NCBI GenBank assembly: GCA_965231155.1
Contig: OZ246418.1
Coordinates: forward strand, 174,850-238,849
Length of the DNA stretch: 64,000 nucleotides
Direction of reading: 5' to 3'
From: an uncultured Candidatus Saccharibacteria bacterium
GTDB lineage: Bacteria > Patescibacteriota > Minisyncoccia > UBA6257 > 2-01-FULL-56-20
Positions 9,906-20,159 of the stretch are shown here, piece after piece. The position numbers were made by a program, and so were the translations under genes. A model generated the notes under the pieces. It saw nothing but the letters and a program-made list of their open reading frames with translations. It did no database searches and had not been told where the DNA came from. Every line of letters starts with the position of its first letter. The first letter of the stretch is position 1.

Positions 9906-10148
9906 TTACGGCTGAAGATTCAACGCCTTGGCCACTGCCTGGCGGTTGAACCCCACAATAATAGTGTTATCGATATCAATGACTGGAACGCCAAACTGGC
10001 GAGATTTATTCACCATCTCTTCGCGAGCAGCGTCATCCTCGGCAACATTCACCTCTTGATACGCAACGTTATTTTTTTCGAAATACTCCTTCGCCATCTT
10101 GCAGTATACACAGGTTGGAGTGCTGTAGATTTTTACGGTATGAGCCAT
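9906..10148 (-). CDS. glutaredoxin/NrdH-like redoxin
   Basis: 80 aa with a CVYC active site in a thioredoxin-fold context; adjacent to trxB. Confidence 0.85.
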   Translation of the reverse strand: MAHTVKIYSTPTCVYCKMAKEYFEKNNVAYQEVNVAEDDAAREEMVNKSRQFGVPVIDIDNTIIVGFNRQAVAKALNLQP

Positions 10149-10301
10149 GTTTTTTATAAATATTTTTTAACCTTTAGCTCCATTGTAAGGGGACGAACCG
10201 GACCATGTCAAAAGAATATATCCGAGACCCGCCCAAACCACACAAAACAGGCCTACTCCTTTGATTTAGAGGGTTGAAAAAGTGTAGAATGAAGTTCTGT
10301 A

Positions 10302-10937
10302 ATGGATCTTTCTTCTTTCCAGGCCATCTTTAGCTCTATCGCTGATCACAGCTATTTTTTTATTTTTGGAGTAATGGTCATCGAAGGGCCGATTGTGACC
10401 GCGGCGGCAGCCTTTGCAGCCGCCCTAGGGCATCTCAATATACTGATTGTCTTTATCCTCTCTCTCCTCGGAGATATGACTGGCGACCTCATCTATTTTT
10501 CCATTGGCTACTGGGGGAGACTTAAATTCGTAGAAAAATACGGCCTACGATTTGGGCTTACTCCAGCCCGACTAGAACGTCTCTCTCACCTGGTCAAGAC
10601 TCATCCAATAAAAGTTCTTATTGCCTCCAAGTATATACCCTTTGTTTCCGCTTCGGGATTAGCGGCGGCGGGACTCTCCCATCTCTCTCCAAAGCGATTT
10701 ATTATCCTCGATTTTCTAGTGACACTTCCCAACACTATTCTCTTCACCACCACTGGATTCTATTTCGGACTGGCCTTTGAACGACTTTTCCAGTACTTTC
10801 AAAATGCTCAGTATGCCATACTCGTTATCGAGGGTGCGGCGCTAATTCTTTTCCTCCTCTATAAAAAACTCATCGGTATTATTTATAAAGATCTCAAAAA
10901 AGAAGTCGAGCTCGAAGATACTACCTCCTCACAATGA
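10302..10937 (+). CDS. DedA/SNARE-associated (VTT domain) membrane protein
   Basis: Multi-TM protein with a DedA-like core; stop overlaps the GT4 start by 4 bp. Confidence 0.7.
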   Translation: MDLSSFQAIFSSIADHSYFFIFGVMVIEGPIVTAAAAFAAALGHLNILIVFILSLLGDMTGDLIYFSIGYWGRLKFVEKYGLRFGLTPARLERLSHLVKTHPIKVLIASKYIPFVSASGLAAAGLSHLSPKRFIILDFLVTLPNTILFTTTGFYFGLAFERLFQYFQNAQYAILVIEGAALILFLLYKKLIGIIYKDLKKEVELEDTTSSQ

Positions 10938-12118
10938 AAATTGCTTTTTTCTCCGATAATTTTTATCCAGAACTTTCTGGGATTGCAGACTCAATTCTCA
11001 CGACTGCCGAAGAGCTCGCCAAACATGGACACCAGGTCCGCTTCTATGTCCCTCAGTACGCCTCAAGCGACTATGATTCTTCACAAGCGCCAGAACCATT
11101 CAGCAACCCCTCCCTCTCCGTGTATCGCATCAAATCTTTTCATGTGCCTACCGGAACTGGCCAAGGGAGATTTTGCTATTCATTCTCTGAACCACTCAAA
11201 GATATCGAGAAGTTCAACCCCGACATTCTTCATACACACCTGCCTTTTAATACGGGAATTCTTGCGCTTCTCGCTCAACGCAAGTTCAAGAAACCTCTGG
11301 TGGGAACCAACCACACCTTAGTTAAAGAGTTTCTGCCACGTCTTCCTCTCCTCGGTGATAGCCTGAAACACCTTGGCAGTCGCTATGCGGCCTGGTTTTA
11401 TAACCACTGCGCAATTATTAGTACTCCCTCCTCACTGATTCTCGAAGAGATGCGAGAGTTCGGATATAAAAAAGAAGGCCTGTCACTGTCAAATCCAATT
11501 TCTCCGGAAGTCTTCCACGCACTACCTGGAAAACCAGCGCTTAAGAAAAAACATAAACTCCCGGCCTTTACGATTCTCTTCGTAGGCAGACTATCGTCAG
11601 AGAAAAATCCAGAAGTTATTCTCCAAGGTTTCGCTCGAGTGAAAGATCAGATGCCAGATGCAGGTGTTGTGCTCGTCGGCAAAGGAAGTATGGAAGAAAA
11701 ATTGCGAAGACTGGCTAAAGACTTGAAGATTTCTGAGGCGATTACTTTCTTTGGGTTTATCAGGGACAAGGTGGCACTCAACGAGGTCTACAACGCCAGC
11801 GATATATTCGCGATTATGAGCACCTCGGAAACGCAGGGAATGGTAGCCCTACAGGCGATGATGGCTGGCACACCAGTCGTGGCTGCTCGATCCTGGGGAT
11901 TAGCAGAGTATGTTACTGAAGATCACGGATTCTCTATTGAGCCAGGAAACGCACAAGAGCTTGGTGCTGTTTTTCTCGATCTCTACAATAATCAGAAGAA
12001 AATGAAACTCATTGGAAACAAAGGGAAAGCTTATGCCGAACAGTTCACGCCAGAAGCTATCGCCAAAAAATGGCTGGGTATCTATGAACAAGTCCTCAAG
12101 GGAGATTATAATAAGTAG
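10934..12118 (+). CDS. glycosyltransferase family 4 (GT-B fold)
   Basis: MKIAFFSDNFYPELSGIADSI N-terminus and a C-terminal GT1/GT4 donor-binding region. Confidence 0.85.
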   Translation: MKIAFFSDNFYPELSGIADSILTTAEELAKHGHQVRFYVPQYASSDYDSSQAPEPFSNPSLSVYRIKSFHVPTGTGQGRFCYSFSEPLKDIEKFNPDILHTHLPFNTGILALLAQRKFKKPLVGTNHTLVKEFLPRLPLLGDSLKHLGSRYAAWFYNHCAIISTPSSLILEEMREFGYKKEGLSLSNPISPEVFHALPGKPALKKKHKLPAFTILFVGRLSSEKNPEVILQGFARVKDQMPDAGVVLVGKGSMEEKLRRLAKDLKISEAITFFGFIRDKVALNEVYNASDIFAIMSTSETQGMVALQAMMAGTPVVAARSWGLAEYVTEDHGFSIEPGNAQELGAVFLDLYNNQKKMKLIGNKGKAYAEQFTPEAIAKKWLGIYEQVLKGDYNK

Positions 12119-12125
12119 TAATCTG

Positions 12126-12878
12126 ATGAAACTGAGCTTCTCTATACCAGCCCACAACGAAGAAGAAAGGATCTGGCGGTGCCTTGAATCAGTCCTCCGA
12201 GAACTCAAGAGGGGGAAGTACCAAGCTGAAATAATTGTCGTAGATAATGCTTCAACGGACCGTACTGCCGAAGTGGCTCGCTCGTACGGTGGAGTTCAGG
12301 TTGTCTCTGAACCAACTAAAGGACTCCTCTTTGCTCGCCAACGTGGCTATCTCTCTTCTCATGGAGAACTCCTGGCGAATATCGATGCTGACACGATACT
12401 CACCGAGGGGTGGATCAAAACCGTTATCGAAGAGTTCGACAAAGATCCAAATCTAGTTGCCTTGAGTGGTCCTTATATCTACTACGACCTCCCCTGGACA
12501 GCCAGACAGGCAACTAAAGCATTCTATGCAGTGGGAATGTTCTTCCACTATCTCTCCATTCTTTTCACTGGTCGGGGAACCATGGTCCAGGGTGGCAACT
12601 TCGTATTGCGGCGAACTGCTCTTGATAAAATTGGTGGGTTCAATACAAATATCTCTTTCTACGGAGAGGATACCGATATTGCCCGACGCATCAGTCAGGT
12701 AGGGAAAATTAAGTTCACCTTCCGGCTTCCGATGCAGACTTCTGGCCGGCGACTGGCCGAAGAGGGGGTTTGTGTGACCGGACTGCGGTATGCTATAAAC
12801 CATTTCTGGGTACTCCTCTCAGGGAAGCCCTTCACGAAAAAATACGAAGACCTACGACCGCCACAAAAATTATCATGA
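12126..12878 (+). CDS. glycosyltransferase family 2
   Basis: SIPAHNEEE...VVDNASTDRT, a GT2 DxD-type motif. The track ORF start (12012) overlaps the upstream gene, so the start was moved to the ATG at 12126. Confidence 0.8.
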   Translation: MKLSFSIPAHNEEERIWRCLESVLRELKRGKYQAEIIVVDNASTDRTAEVARSYGGVQVVSEPTKGLLFARQRGYLSSHGELLANIDADTILTEGWIKTVIEEFDKDPNLVALSGPYIYYDLPWTARQATKAFYAVGMFFHYLSILFTGRGTMVQGGNFVLRRTALDKIGGFNTNISFYGEDTDIARRISQVGKIKFTFRLPMQTSGRRLAEEGVCVTGLRYAINHFWVLLSGKPFTKKYEDLRPPQKLS

Positions 12879-14209
12879 GCTCTCCTCTTTCTCAAAAGAT
12901 CTTCCTTCTTGTCTCGGGCGATGTTCTCGTGCTTTACGCCTCACTCCTTCTGACGCTTGTTATTCGTTACGATGCAACCTGGCAAGAAGCCTTATCAGTC
13001 CATCTTGGGCCGTTTTCTTTTGTCTTCGCAGTCTGGATTGTAGTCTTCTATATTGCTGGTTTATATGACTTCAGAAAGATTACTAACAATATCACCTTCC
13101 TCACGCTCTTCAGCATTTCTCTTGTCCTCAACACCCTCATCACCACCGCACTCTTCTATTTAATTCCCGCCTTCGGCATTGCGCCTCGTGCAAATCTTTC
13201 TCTTCTCCTTATTATTTTTGCGATATTACAGATCTGCTGGCGTCGAATCTTCTGGTACTACCTTAAACAAAATCAGAATCTTTTTAGCGTCGTAATGATT
13301 GGTAATGATCCGACAATCGACGAGCTCTCTCGGGCGCTCGCAGAAAACCCCCAGATTGGTTATCGAGTAGTAGACCACATCCAGAATCCTCACGACCTCC
13401 AAGTTACTGAAAATATTGCTCAGAAACTCCGGACTGACAAGGCTGATGTGGTAGTCATCCCGCGAGGAGTAAAGCAAAACACTGAACTCCAAAAGATCTT
13501 CTACGGCCTTCTTTCTTCCGGTATCGCCATCTATGATGTCCCCGCTTTTTACGAAGAAGTTTTCCGCAAAATTCCCTTAAAAAATATCGAGGAGTCCTGG
13601 TTTTTGGAGCATATTTCAATCCGAAAAAATGTCTATGACGATCTCAAACGATTAAGTGAAATTATCACCGCCACCCTAACTGGCCTCTTTCTCCTTCCTC
13701 TTATTATTCTGGTAGCTCTTTTCATCCGCCTCTCCTCCCGTGGACCGGTGATTTTTTCTCAGCGAAGAATTGGTGCCCAGAATAAGATATTCACTCTCTA
13801 TAAGTTCCGAACCATGGTGCACGACGCAGAAAAAGATGGGGCAAAGTGGGCAAGTAAAAATGACCCGCGAGTTACCCTCTTCGGAAAAGTTTTAAGATAC
13901 TCTCACCTCGATGAACTGCCTCAGATTTGGAACATCATCCGTGGTGATCTATCGTTCGTGGGACCACGACCAGAACGACCGGAGTTTGTAGAAATCTTAG
14001 AGAAAGAGATCCCCCACTATGACATTCGCCACCTCATCAAACCAGGAGTAACTGGCTGGGCACAGATAAACTATCGCTATGGTTCATCGATTGAGGACTC
14101 CTATCAAAAACTCCAGTATGATATCTACTACCTGAAAAATCGTTCGCTTATCCTTGATATTGCCATTATACTAAAGACATTACGAACTTTATTCGTAAAC
14201 GAGACATAA
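12875..14209 (+). CDS. polyprenyl-phosphate sugar phosphotransferase (bacterial sugar transferase, WbaP/EpsB-like initiating enzyme)
   Basis: N-terminal TM helices plus a C-terminal IFSQRRIGAQNKIFTLYKFRTM...PGVTGWAQI catalytic domain. ATGA overlap with the upstream GT2. Confidence 0.9.
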   Translation: MSSPLSQKIFLLVSGDVLVLYASLLLTLVIRYDATWQEALSVHLGPFSFVFAVWIVVFYIAGLYDFRKITNNITFLTLFSISLVLNTLITTALFYLIPAFGIAPRANLSLLLIIFAILQICWRRIFWYYLKQNQNLFSVVMIGNDPTIDELSRALAENPQIGYRVVDHIQNPHDLQVTENIAQKLRTDKADVVVIPRGVKQNTELQKIFYGLLSSGIAIYDVPAFYEEVFRKIPLKNIEESWFLEHISIRKNVYDDLKRLSEIITATLTGLFLLPLIILVALFIRLSSRGPVIFSQRRIGAQNKIFTLYKFRTMVHDAEKDGAKWASKNDPRVTLFGKVLRYSHLDELPQIWNIIRGDLSFVGPRPERPEFVEILEKEIPHYDIRHLIKPGVTGWAQINYRYGSSIEDSYQKLQYDIYYLKNRSLILDIAIILKTLRTLFVNET

Positions 14210-14314
14210 GGGTTCATCCTCTCGTAACCTTTTCCATATTCAAAAGACACTGTGTGAATAGCTAGAAAACATTATTTTCAAAAAACCAATTAACTCAACA
14301 TAAATAAAAAATCT

Positions 14315-15232
14315 ATGAAAATTATCGTAACTGGTGGGGCCGGTTTTATCGCCTCTCATGTAACAGATGCCTATATCAGCGCCGGACATAAAGTTGTCGT
14401 TATTGATAATCTGAATACAGGGTTTCGCAAAAACGTTAATCCTAAAGCAACCTTCTACAAGGCAGACATTCGAGATCTTCCCACAATGGAGAAGATTTTT
14501 AAAAAAGAAAAGCCAGAGATTCTTAATCACCACGCGGCTATCGCTGAAGTGGTGAAATCGGTCAGCAACCCAATTCCCACTTATGAAGTAAACGTAATCG
14601 GTACCGCCAATGTACTTCTGTGCTTTGGCAAGTTCGGCAAGGGAGCAAAGAAGGTTTTATTCTCCTCTACAGGCGGAGCGATCTATGGAGAGCCAAAGAA
14701 AATCCCCGCTCCAGAGACAACTCCAGCGAATCCCCTCTCTCCCTATGGCCTCTCTAAGCTACTTGGCGAGGAGCTGATAAATTTTTATGCGCGAACCTAC
14801 AAACTGAACTACCTCATTTTTCGTTATCCAAACGTGTATGGCCCCCGCCAGAATCCAAAAGGTGAAGCAGGGGTAGTGGCCATTTTTGGTGGAATGATGA
14901 AGCAAGGTATTCAACCTACAATTTTTGGTGATGGCACTAAGGCCCGCGATTATACCTATGTAGCCGATATCGTTCAGGCGAACCTGAAGGCCTTAACTAA
15001 GGGGAATCAGACAATCACCAACATCGGTTGGGGAAAATTAATCTCCGATACAATGATCTTCGAAACTATTGCCTCTTTATTAAAATTTGAAAAGCCAGCC
15101 AAGTATGCTCCCTATCGTCCTGGAGAAGTTTATCGAATATCTCTGAACGCAACAAAAGCAAAGAAGATCCTGGGCTGGAAGCCCACCGTCCCTCTGGCGA
15201 ATGGAGTAGCCAAAACCCTGGCCGCGCTCTAA
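14315..15232 (+). CDS. NAD-dependent epimerase/dehydratase (SDR, GalE-like)
   Basis: MKIIVTGGAGFIASHV Rossmann motif plus YxxxK. Confidence 0.85.
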   Translation: MKIIVTGGAGFIASHVTDAYISAGHKVVVIDNLNTGFRKNVNPKATFYKADIRDLPTMEKIFKKEKPEILNHHAAIAEVVKSVSNPIPTYEVNVIGTANVLLCFGKFGKGAKKVLFSSTGGAIYGEPKKIPAPETTPANPLSPYGLSKLLGEELINFYARTYKLNYLIFRYPNVYGPRQNPKGEAGVVAIFGGMMKQGIQPTIFGDGTKARDYTYVADIVQANLKALTKGNQTITNIGWGKLISDTMIFETIASLLKFEKPAKYAPYRPGEVYRISLNATKAKKILGWKPTVPLANGVAKTLAAL

Positions 15233-15705
15233 CGTTTCTTTCTGTCTTTTACTTTCTCCACATAGGCCGACAGCAACCAGGAGCTGGACTGTATTTTTCC
15301 GTCCGGTCCGATATTAAAAACCATCTTAGTACCAATCCTTTCGCATACTGGCACTTCGGGAATATTCTTCTTTGTTCGATCACCACCATTTGCAAAAATA
15401 TCTGGCTTTATCTCCTCAAGCTCCCGACAGACACTCATATCCTCTGGGTTTGGCCTGTGCCTTGTGAGAATAACCCGATCAACAACTCGCAACGCTTCAA
15501 TGACTGCTTTTCTCTCAACTTCTGGCATAAAAATATGATGCTTCTTCGCTCGTAACCAGTTGTCATTATTCAAGATAACAACTAGTTCATCACCAAGCTT
15601 TTTAGCTTCTTCAAATAACTGAATGTGGCCGATATGAATAGGATCGAACCCGCCACTCACGGCCACCACCTTTTTCTTTTTGTCCTGCTTCATAATGAAC
15701 TTCAT
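15229..15705 (-). CDS. cytidylyltransferase-like nucleotidyltransferase (HIGH family; TagD/RfaE domain II-like)
   Basis: VVAVSGGFDPIHIGHIQLFEEAKKLGDELVVIL. Start trimmed to an internal Met (15705; 15693 also possible) to avoid overlap with the divergent flippase gene. Confidence 0.7.
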   Translation of the reverse strand: MKFIMKQDKKKKVVAVSGGFDPIHIGHIQLFEEAKKLGDELVVILNNDNWLRAKKHHIFMPEVERKAVIEALRVVDRVILTRHRPNPEDMSVCRELEEIKPDIFANGGDRTKKNIPEVPVCERIGTKMVFNIGPDGKIQSSSWLLSAYVEKVKDRKKR

Positions 15706-15774
15706 TCTAACAAGGGAAATTACTAAAACACAACTCCATAGCAACGGTAAAAAAAATATGCTAACCTCGGGACA

Positions 15775-17238
15775 TTGCCCCATAACATGCTCCAAAAACT
15801 AACCGACTTCTTTCTTATAAATAACTCAACCCGCCAGAAGGTTCTCAAAAACACCTTCTGGCTCTTTTTCGGGCAGGTTGGTTCTCGCTTCGTGAAGCTA
15901 GGAATTATTATCTACGCCGCGCGCGTTCTGGGAGCTAGTGGCTGGGGGGCTTTTTCTTATGCGCTCGGCATCGCTGCTTTCTTTTCCATCTTCATTGATT
16001 TCGGAGTAAACGGAGTACTCACTCGCGAAGGTAGTCGAGATCTCAAGTCCCAGGAAAAATATTTCGCCACTGCCTTGGCTATTAAGATTTTCCTCTTCTT
16101 CCTATCATCGGCCGCTATCTTCCTCCTCTTTCCTTTATTTATGACCAGAAATGAAGTGGCTATCCTCATGCCCTTTGTAGTTTTGATTGTTGGTTTTGAT
16201 GGTCTACGAGATTTTGCGGGAGCGATGTCCCGAGCTTGGGAGCGAATGGAGATCGAAGCAGTGATGCAGATCTTGACTAGCGCGTTCATTCTCATCGCTG
16301 GCTTTATCGCTCTCTTTCTCTCGCCTACTCCGAAGGCGCTGGCCATCGGTTACGCGGTTGGCGTCGGACTGGGAATGCTAGCTTCCTTCTGGCCTTGTCG
16401 AGGATATTTTAAGAATCTTTATCAGGCATTCTCATTGTCACTTATTCGACCAATTGTTTCTGCCAGTTGGCCATTTGCACTCTCTGGACTAATGGGAGCA
16501 GTGCTCTTAAACACCGATACAGTTCTTATCGGATGGCTCCTCGATATTACAAATGTTGGCTACTACTCAGCAGCACAACGAATCGCCCTCCTCGCCTATG
16601 TTATTCCTGGACTAACCGCTACGGCTTTTTTTCCTTCAATGGCAAAATTCTTCGAAGATAAGGAGCGGCGAAAGATACTTCTTGAAAAACTTGCTACCCT
16701 TCAGATATTAATAGCCCTTCCTCTCACGATCGGAAGCTATCTCCTTGCAGAACCAATCATCACACTTTTTTATGGGCAGGAGTACACTCCAGCTATTCTT
16801 AGTTTTCAGATCATGAGCCTCACCTTCTTACCGGTTTTCCTCCAAACTATTTTCAGTAACACAATTTTTTCCATCAACGAAGAAAAGAAATTGTTCCTCT
16901 CTTCTATTGTTGGCATCATTGGCAATCTCACTCTCGATATTATTCTTATTCCACGCTGGGGTATCGCTGGCGCTGCTCTAGCAACTGTCCTCAACCAAAC
17001 CATTGTGGTTAGTTTTTTATGGTGGCTTCTCCGGAAAAAAATTGCCTTCTCACTACTCCCTCAGATCGGGAAGATTATTATTGCCAGCGTTGTTATGCTC
17101 GTCGTTTTAGTTTTCCTTCTTCAATTTACCATCAGCATCTATTTTGTAGTTCCCATTGGTATTCTGGTCTATGGTAGCGTTCTTCTTTTCCTTCGAGAAG
17201 AGATACTACGGGAAACTTTCAGGACGTTTATAAACTAA
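15775..17238 (+). CDS. MOP-superfamily polysaccharide flippase (Wzx-like)
   Basis: 487 aa, roughly 12-14 TM helices, polysaccharide-biosynthesis-protein architecture. A paralog lies at 23644..25143. Confidence 0.8.
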   Translation: MPHNMLQKLTDFFLINNSTRQKVLKNTFWLFFGQVGSRFVKLGIIIYAARVLGASGWGAFSYALGIAAFFSIFIDFGVNGVLTREGSRDLKSQEKYFATALAIKIFLFFLSSAAIFLLFPLFMTRNEVAILMPFVVLIVGFDGLRDFAGAMSRAWERMEIEAVMQILTSAFILIAGFIALFLSPTPKALAIGYAVGVGLGMLASFWPCRGYFKNLYQAFSLSLIRPIVSASWPFALSGLMGAVLLNTDTVLIGWLLDITNVGYYSAAQRIALLAYVIPGLTATAFFPSMAKFFEDKERRKILLEKLATLQILIALPLTIGSYLLAEPIITLFYGQEYTPAILSFQIMSLTFLPVFLQTIFSNTIFSINEEKKLFLSSIVGIIGNLTLDIILIPRWGIAGAALATVLNQTIVVSFLWWLLRKKIAFSLLPQIGKIIIASVVMLVVLVFLLQFTISIYFVVPIGILVYGSVLLFLREEILRETFRTFIN

Positions 17239-17293
17239 AAAGAACATAAAAAAACCCGATGATTAGATCATCGGGGGGGTTCGTCTTCTGTCC

Positions 17294-17821
17294 TTAGATA
17301 AGATTAAGGGAAAGAATCTCCTCAAGGCTCCTCACCACGTGGAGTGGTCTACACAAAGACAACTCTGATTCGTTGTACTCATTGAGAACGAAGATAGTCT
17401 TTAGTCCTGCCGCTTGTCCCGCAAGTACATCTCGGTCACTGTCGCCGATCATGAAAGATGTATTAGGATCGTCGACACCGAACTCCTTCAAGGCCTGGAG
17501 AAGCATACCCGGCTTCGGCTTGCGACAGTCGCAGTTGTCCTCGTTGATATGGGGACAGGCGTACACCTTGTCCAACATCCCTCCAAGTTGCTTCTCCATT
17601 GAAAAATGAATCTCCGCAAGAGTGACAGGTGAGAGCAAACCCTTACCAATCTGCGGTTGGTTGGTTGCTACCGCAAGTTTGTAATCAAGCTCCTTGGCTC
17701 TCTCTAGGAGTTGGACTGCGCCTGGAACTATCTCCAACTGGTCGAGGCGGAGCAGATGCTCCCCCCGAGGCATGGCTCGGACCAACGTTCCATCACGATC
17801 AAGAAGTAGAACCTTGTTCAT
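17294..17821 (-). CDS. gmhB: D-glycero-D-manno-heptose 1,7-bisphosphate phosphatase (HAD-IIIA)
   Basis: LLDRDGTL motif, Zn-binding CPH...C.CRKP and GDSDRD. Confidence 0.85.
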   Translation of the reverse strand: MNKVLLLDRDGTLVRAMPRGEHLLRLDQLEIVPGAVQLLERAKELDYKLAVATNQPQIGKGLLSPVTLAEIHFSMEKQLGGMLDKVYACPHINEDNCDCRKPKPGMLLQALKEFGVDDPNTSFMIGDSDRDVLAGQAAGLKTIFVLNEYNESELSLCRPLHVVRSLEEILSLNLI

Positions 17822-17875
17822 AGAATTCCTTTCTTAATTATTAGCTATGTCCGAGTGTAACACCATTTCTTTTCA

Positions 17876-17904
17876 TTGACAACATTCATATATTATTTTA
17901 TAAG
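17876..17904 (+). promoter_or_regulatory. sigma70-like promoter for the HIT gene
   Basis: TTGACA - 17 nt - TATAAG lying in the AT-rich leader immediately upstream of the GC-rich CDS. Confidence 0.45.
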
Positions 17905-17935
17905 ATCAATAGCTCTTAGAAAGGAGAAAGGAAGA

Positions 17936-18766
17936 ATGCCAGGTATCGTTACAAATCTGCCCGGCGGGCAGCAAAGAACTCTTTCCGGGGGAACTCGGAA
18001 TGAGGTGAAGCTGTCCCGGCCGTGGCAGGCATCGCTTTCCGCGATCATCGATCCGGAAAACTGCCCGTTCTGCAACAAGCCCCAGGAGGATCTCGTTCTG
18101 CCGAGTAATTCTCCGAAGGGTTGGCGATGGCTGCCGAATATCTTCACTCCCCACCCGGAACACACACTCCTCATCCCTGATCGCTGCTGGCTAGAAGAGG
18201 AACTCCAGGAATGGGGTGGAGAGAAGAAAATCTGCGAGGCGATTCAGATTGCCTCTCGGGTATTCCGACGCCACCGAAAAGAGATGATTGCATTGGCTCA
18301 CGTCGAGCATCAGTCCGGACAAAACTTGGGCCACGCTCACTTGCACTTCTTCGAGGTGCAAGTGACAAATCCTCTCTCCGCCAGGTCATTGGAGATGAAA
18401 GATCTGATGGTCCTTGGTCAAGACGGGATCACAGCCATAGCCGGAGGAGTGAAGGCGGGAGAATGCCTTCTCTTCTCCGAACACGAGGCACCTTTCAGTC
18501 TCCAGACGGCCGAAACTGTTGGCCAAGTACTTCACCGCCTCATTGCCGTGGGCAACAAGGCGTGGAAAAGCACCCAGGGCCTCGCACCGAGCTATAGCTT
18601 CGCGGTGCGAGTCTCGGCTGATGGACTCTTTCGGTATGGTTGCTACTCTCCCAATCTCTCAAATTGGGGGGTCTACAACCACACGGTGACAGCCTTGGAA
18701 GGCGAACCCTACGTCCTCCCGTGGCCTCATGAGACGACAGTGGACCATCTTCGCCGTTTCGTCTAA
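17936..18766 (+). CDS. HIT-family (histidine triad) nucleotide hydrolase/transferase with about 120-aa C-terminal extension
   Basis: NCPFCNK...PHPEHTLLIP and GHAHLHFF match the Hint CIFCK...P.APTHFLVIP and HVHLHVL motifs. GC is markedly higher than the flanks. Start moved to the ATG at 17936, after an AAGGAG RBS. Confidence 0.6.
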   Translation: MPGIVTNLPGGQQRTLSGGTRNEVKLSRPWQASLSAIIDPENCPFCNKPQEDLVLPSNSPKGWRWLPNIFTPHPEHTLLIPDRCWLEEELQEWGGEKKICEAIQIASRVFRRHRKEMIALAHVEHQSGQNLGHAHLHFFEVQVTNPLSARSLEMKDLMVLGQDGITAIAGGVKAGECLLFSEHEAPFSLQTAETVGQVLHRLIAVGNKAWKSTQGLAPSYSFAVRVSADGLFRYGCYSPNLSNWGVYNHTVTALEGEPYVLPWPHETTVDHLRRFV

Positions 18767-18775
18767 GTATTTTCT

Positions 18776-18806
18776 GCCTCGTTGCTTACGCAACGAGGCT
18801 TTTTTT
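18776..18806 (+). terminator. rho-independent terminator after the HIT gene
   Basis: Perfect 10-bp stem GCCTCGTTGC / GCAACGAGGC with a 4-nt loop, followed by TTTTTTT. Confidence 0.85.
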
Positions 18807-19548
18807 ATTCACTCTTTTTCTCTCGATACCAATCCTGAGCAAGTTTATATTTTTCAGGAGTGCCAATGTCCAAGATATTCTCTTCGGTAGGAAAACCATA
18901 AATATCGTCTCGCTCTTGTATTAATGAAGGTAGAATCTGACCATCTAGTTTTACTGGTTCAATAGTTGGAATAAAATCAAGAATTTTCTTTGAGAGCACA
19001 TAAAGGCCACTGTTTAAATGATACTTATCTCCATATTCTTCAATTCCATGAGGACGCTTGTGCCAGGCAGTAATTCTTCTGGTTATCGGATCAACCTCCG
19101 CGATCTCACCATTTGCAGGTATGTCAGAGTGCTTAAGAACTAAGGTGGCCAGCGCCTTCTGCTTCTCATGAAAATCGAGAATTTCTCCAAAATTATAAAA
19201 ATGAAGGTGGTCGCCATAAAGCATCAGAAAAGTATCCGATAAGAAAGGCTCCATTTTTTTTAACGCCCCACCAGTTTCTAGTAGATTCTCTGTTTCATCA
19301 GAGTAGACAATCTCCACTCCCCATTTTTCTCCATTGCCAAAATGACTAACGACTATTTCCGATAAATAGTGGAGATTAATTACAAATTTTTTAAAACCCT
19401 GATCGCGGAGCAAAAGAATGGTGTGTTCAAGAAGTGGCACCCCTTCAAACGGCACCATTACTTTTGGCATGGTGTCCGTAATCGGTCGAAGACGAGTACC
19501 TAACCCAGCCGACAAAAGAGCCACTGTAATTTTTGAGCGATCGAACAT
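18805..19548 (-). CDS. sugar-1-phosphate nucleotidyltransferase (heptose 1-phosphate guanylyltransferase HddC-like)
   Basis: LSAGLGTRLRPITDTMPKVMVP NTP-transferase motif. Sits within the gmhA-hddA-gmhB cluster. Confidence 0.75.
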   Translation of the reverse strand: MFDRSKITVALLSAGLGTRLRPITDTMPKVMVPFEGVPLLEHTILLLRDQGFKKFVINLHYLSEIVVSHFGNGEKWGVEIVYSDETENLLETGGALKKMEPFLSDTFLMLYGDHLHFYNFGEILDFHEKQKALATLVLKHSDIPANGEIAEVDPITRRITAWHKRPHGIEEYGDKYHLNSGLYVLSKKILDFIPTIEPVKLDGQILPSLIQERDDIYGFPTEENILDIGTPEKYKLAQDWYREKKSE

Positions 19549-19550
19549 GC

Positions 19551-20156
19551 CTATTGAGCACTACCCTTCTGGACCAGTTGGTCAAAATAATCTTTGAAGT
19601 ACTTCGTCATTAAGTGCATGATCGTGTGATGAACACTCTCCACAATCTCGTACTGCCCCTTCTCAGTCTTCACGAGGATCTTCGCATCAGATAACTGGTT
19701 CAGTTTTCCACCATCAAAGCCAGAGAGACCGATAACTGGCACGTGACGGCTCTTCGCGAGCTCTACTCCCTTGATAACATTTGTTGAATTCCCAGAACTC
19801 GAAATAGCAATAACCACATCGGCATCCTGAAGGTAGTTCTGCAAGGGGCCAGCAAAGACCATATCGAATCCCTCGTCGTTAGCCCAAGCAGTTAACTCAG
19901 ATTCGGTGGTTGGTACTCGGATAGCTTGAAAGCGACGATTATGCTTATCAAGGTGATGGCTAAAAACTGTCTTGTTGAAATCGCTGACCCAGTGGGTGGC
20001 AATGGCCAGCGAACCACCGTTCCCGAAAACATAGATTCGACCATCACGTTCATAGACGGCTTCTAAAATATTCAGAGCTTTTGCAATCTCTTCTGAGGGT
20101 AGCTGATAAAGAGAGTCCGCTACTCGTGAAGAAAAGTCTTCGATATATTTTTTCAT
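19551..20156 (-). CDS. gmhA: phosphoheptose (sedoheptulose-7-phosphate) isomerase, SIS domain
   Basis: VFGNGGSLAIATH and AISSSGNS SIS motifs. Confidence 0.85.
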   Translation of the reverse strand: MKKYIEDFSSRVADSLYQLPSEEIAKALNILEAVYERDGRIYVFGNGGSLAIATHWVSDFNKTVFSHHLDKHNRRFQAIRVPTTESELTAWANDEGFDMVFAGPLQNYLQDADVVIAISSSGNSTNVIKGVELAKSRHVPVIGLSGFDGGKLNQLSDAKILVKTEKGQYEIVESVHHTIMHLMTKYFKDYFDQLVQKGSAQ

Positions 20157-20159
20157 ATA

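Noticed and set aside
12012-12878. Track start positions 12012, 12770, 17876, 36422, 38158, 57021 and 59661
   Set aside because: These upstream extensions overlap the preceding gene or translate AT-rich leader or SD sequence. Internal ATGs with better SD spacing and canonical protein N-termini were preferred.
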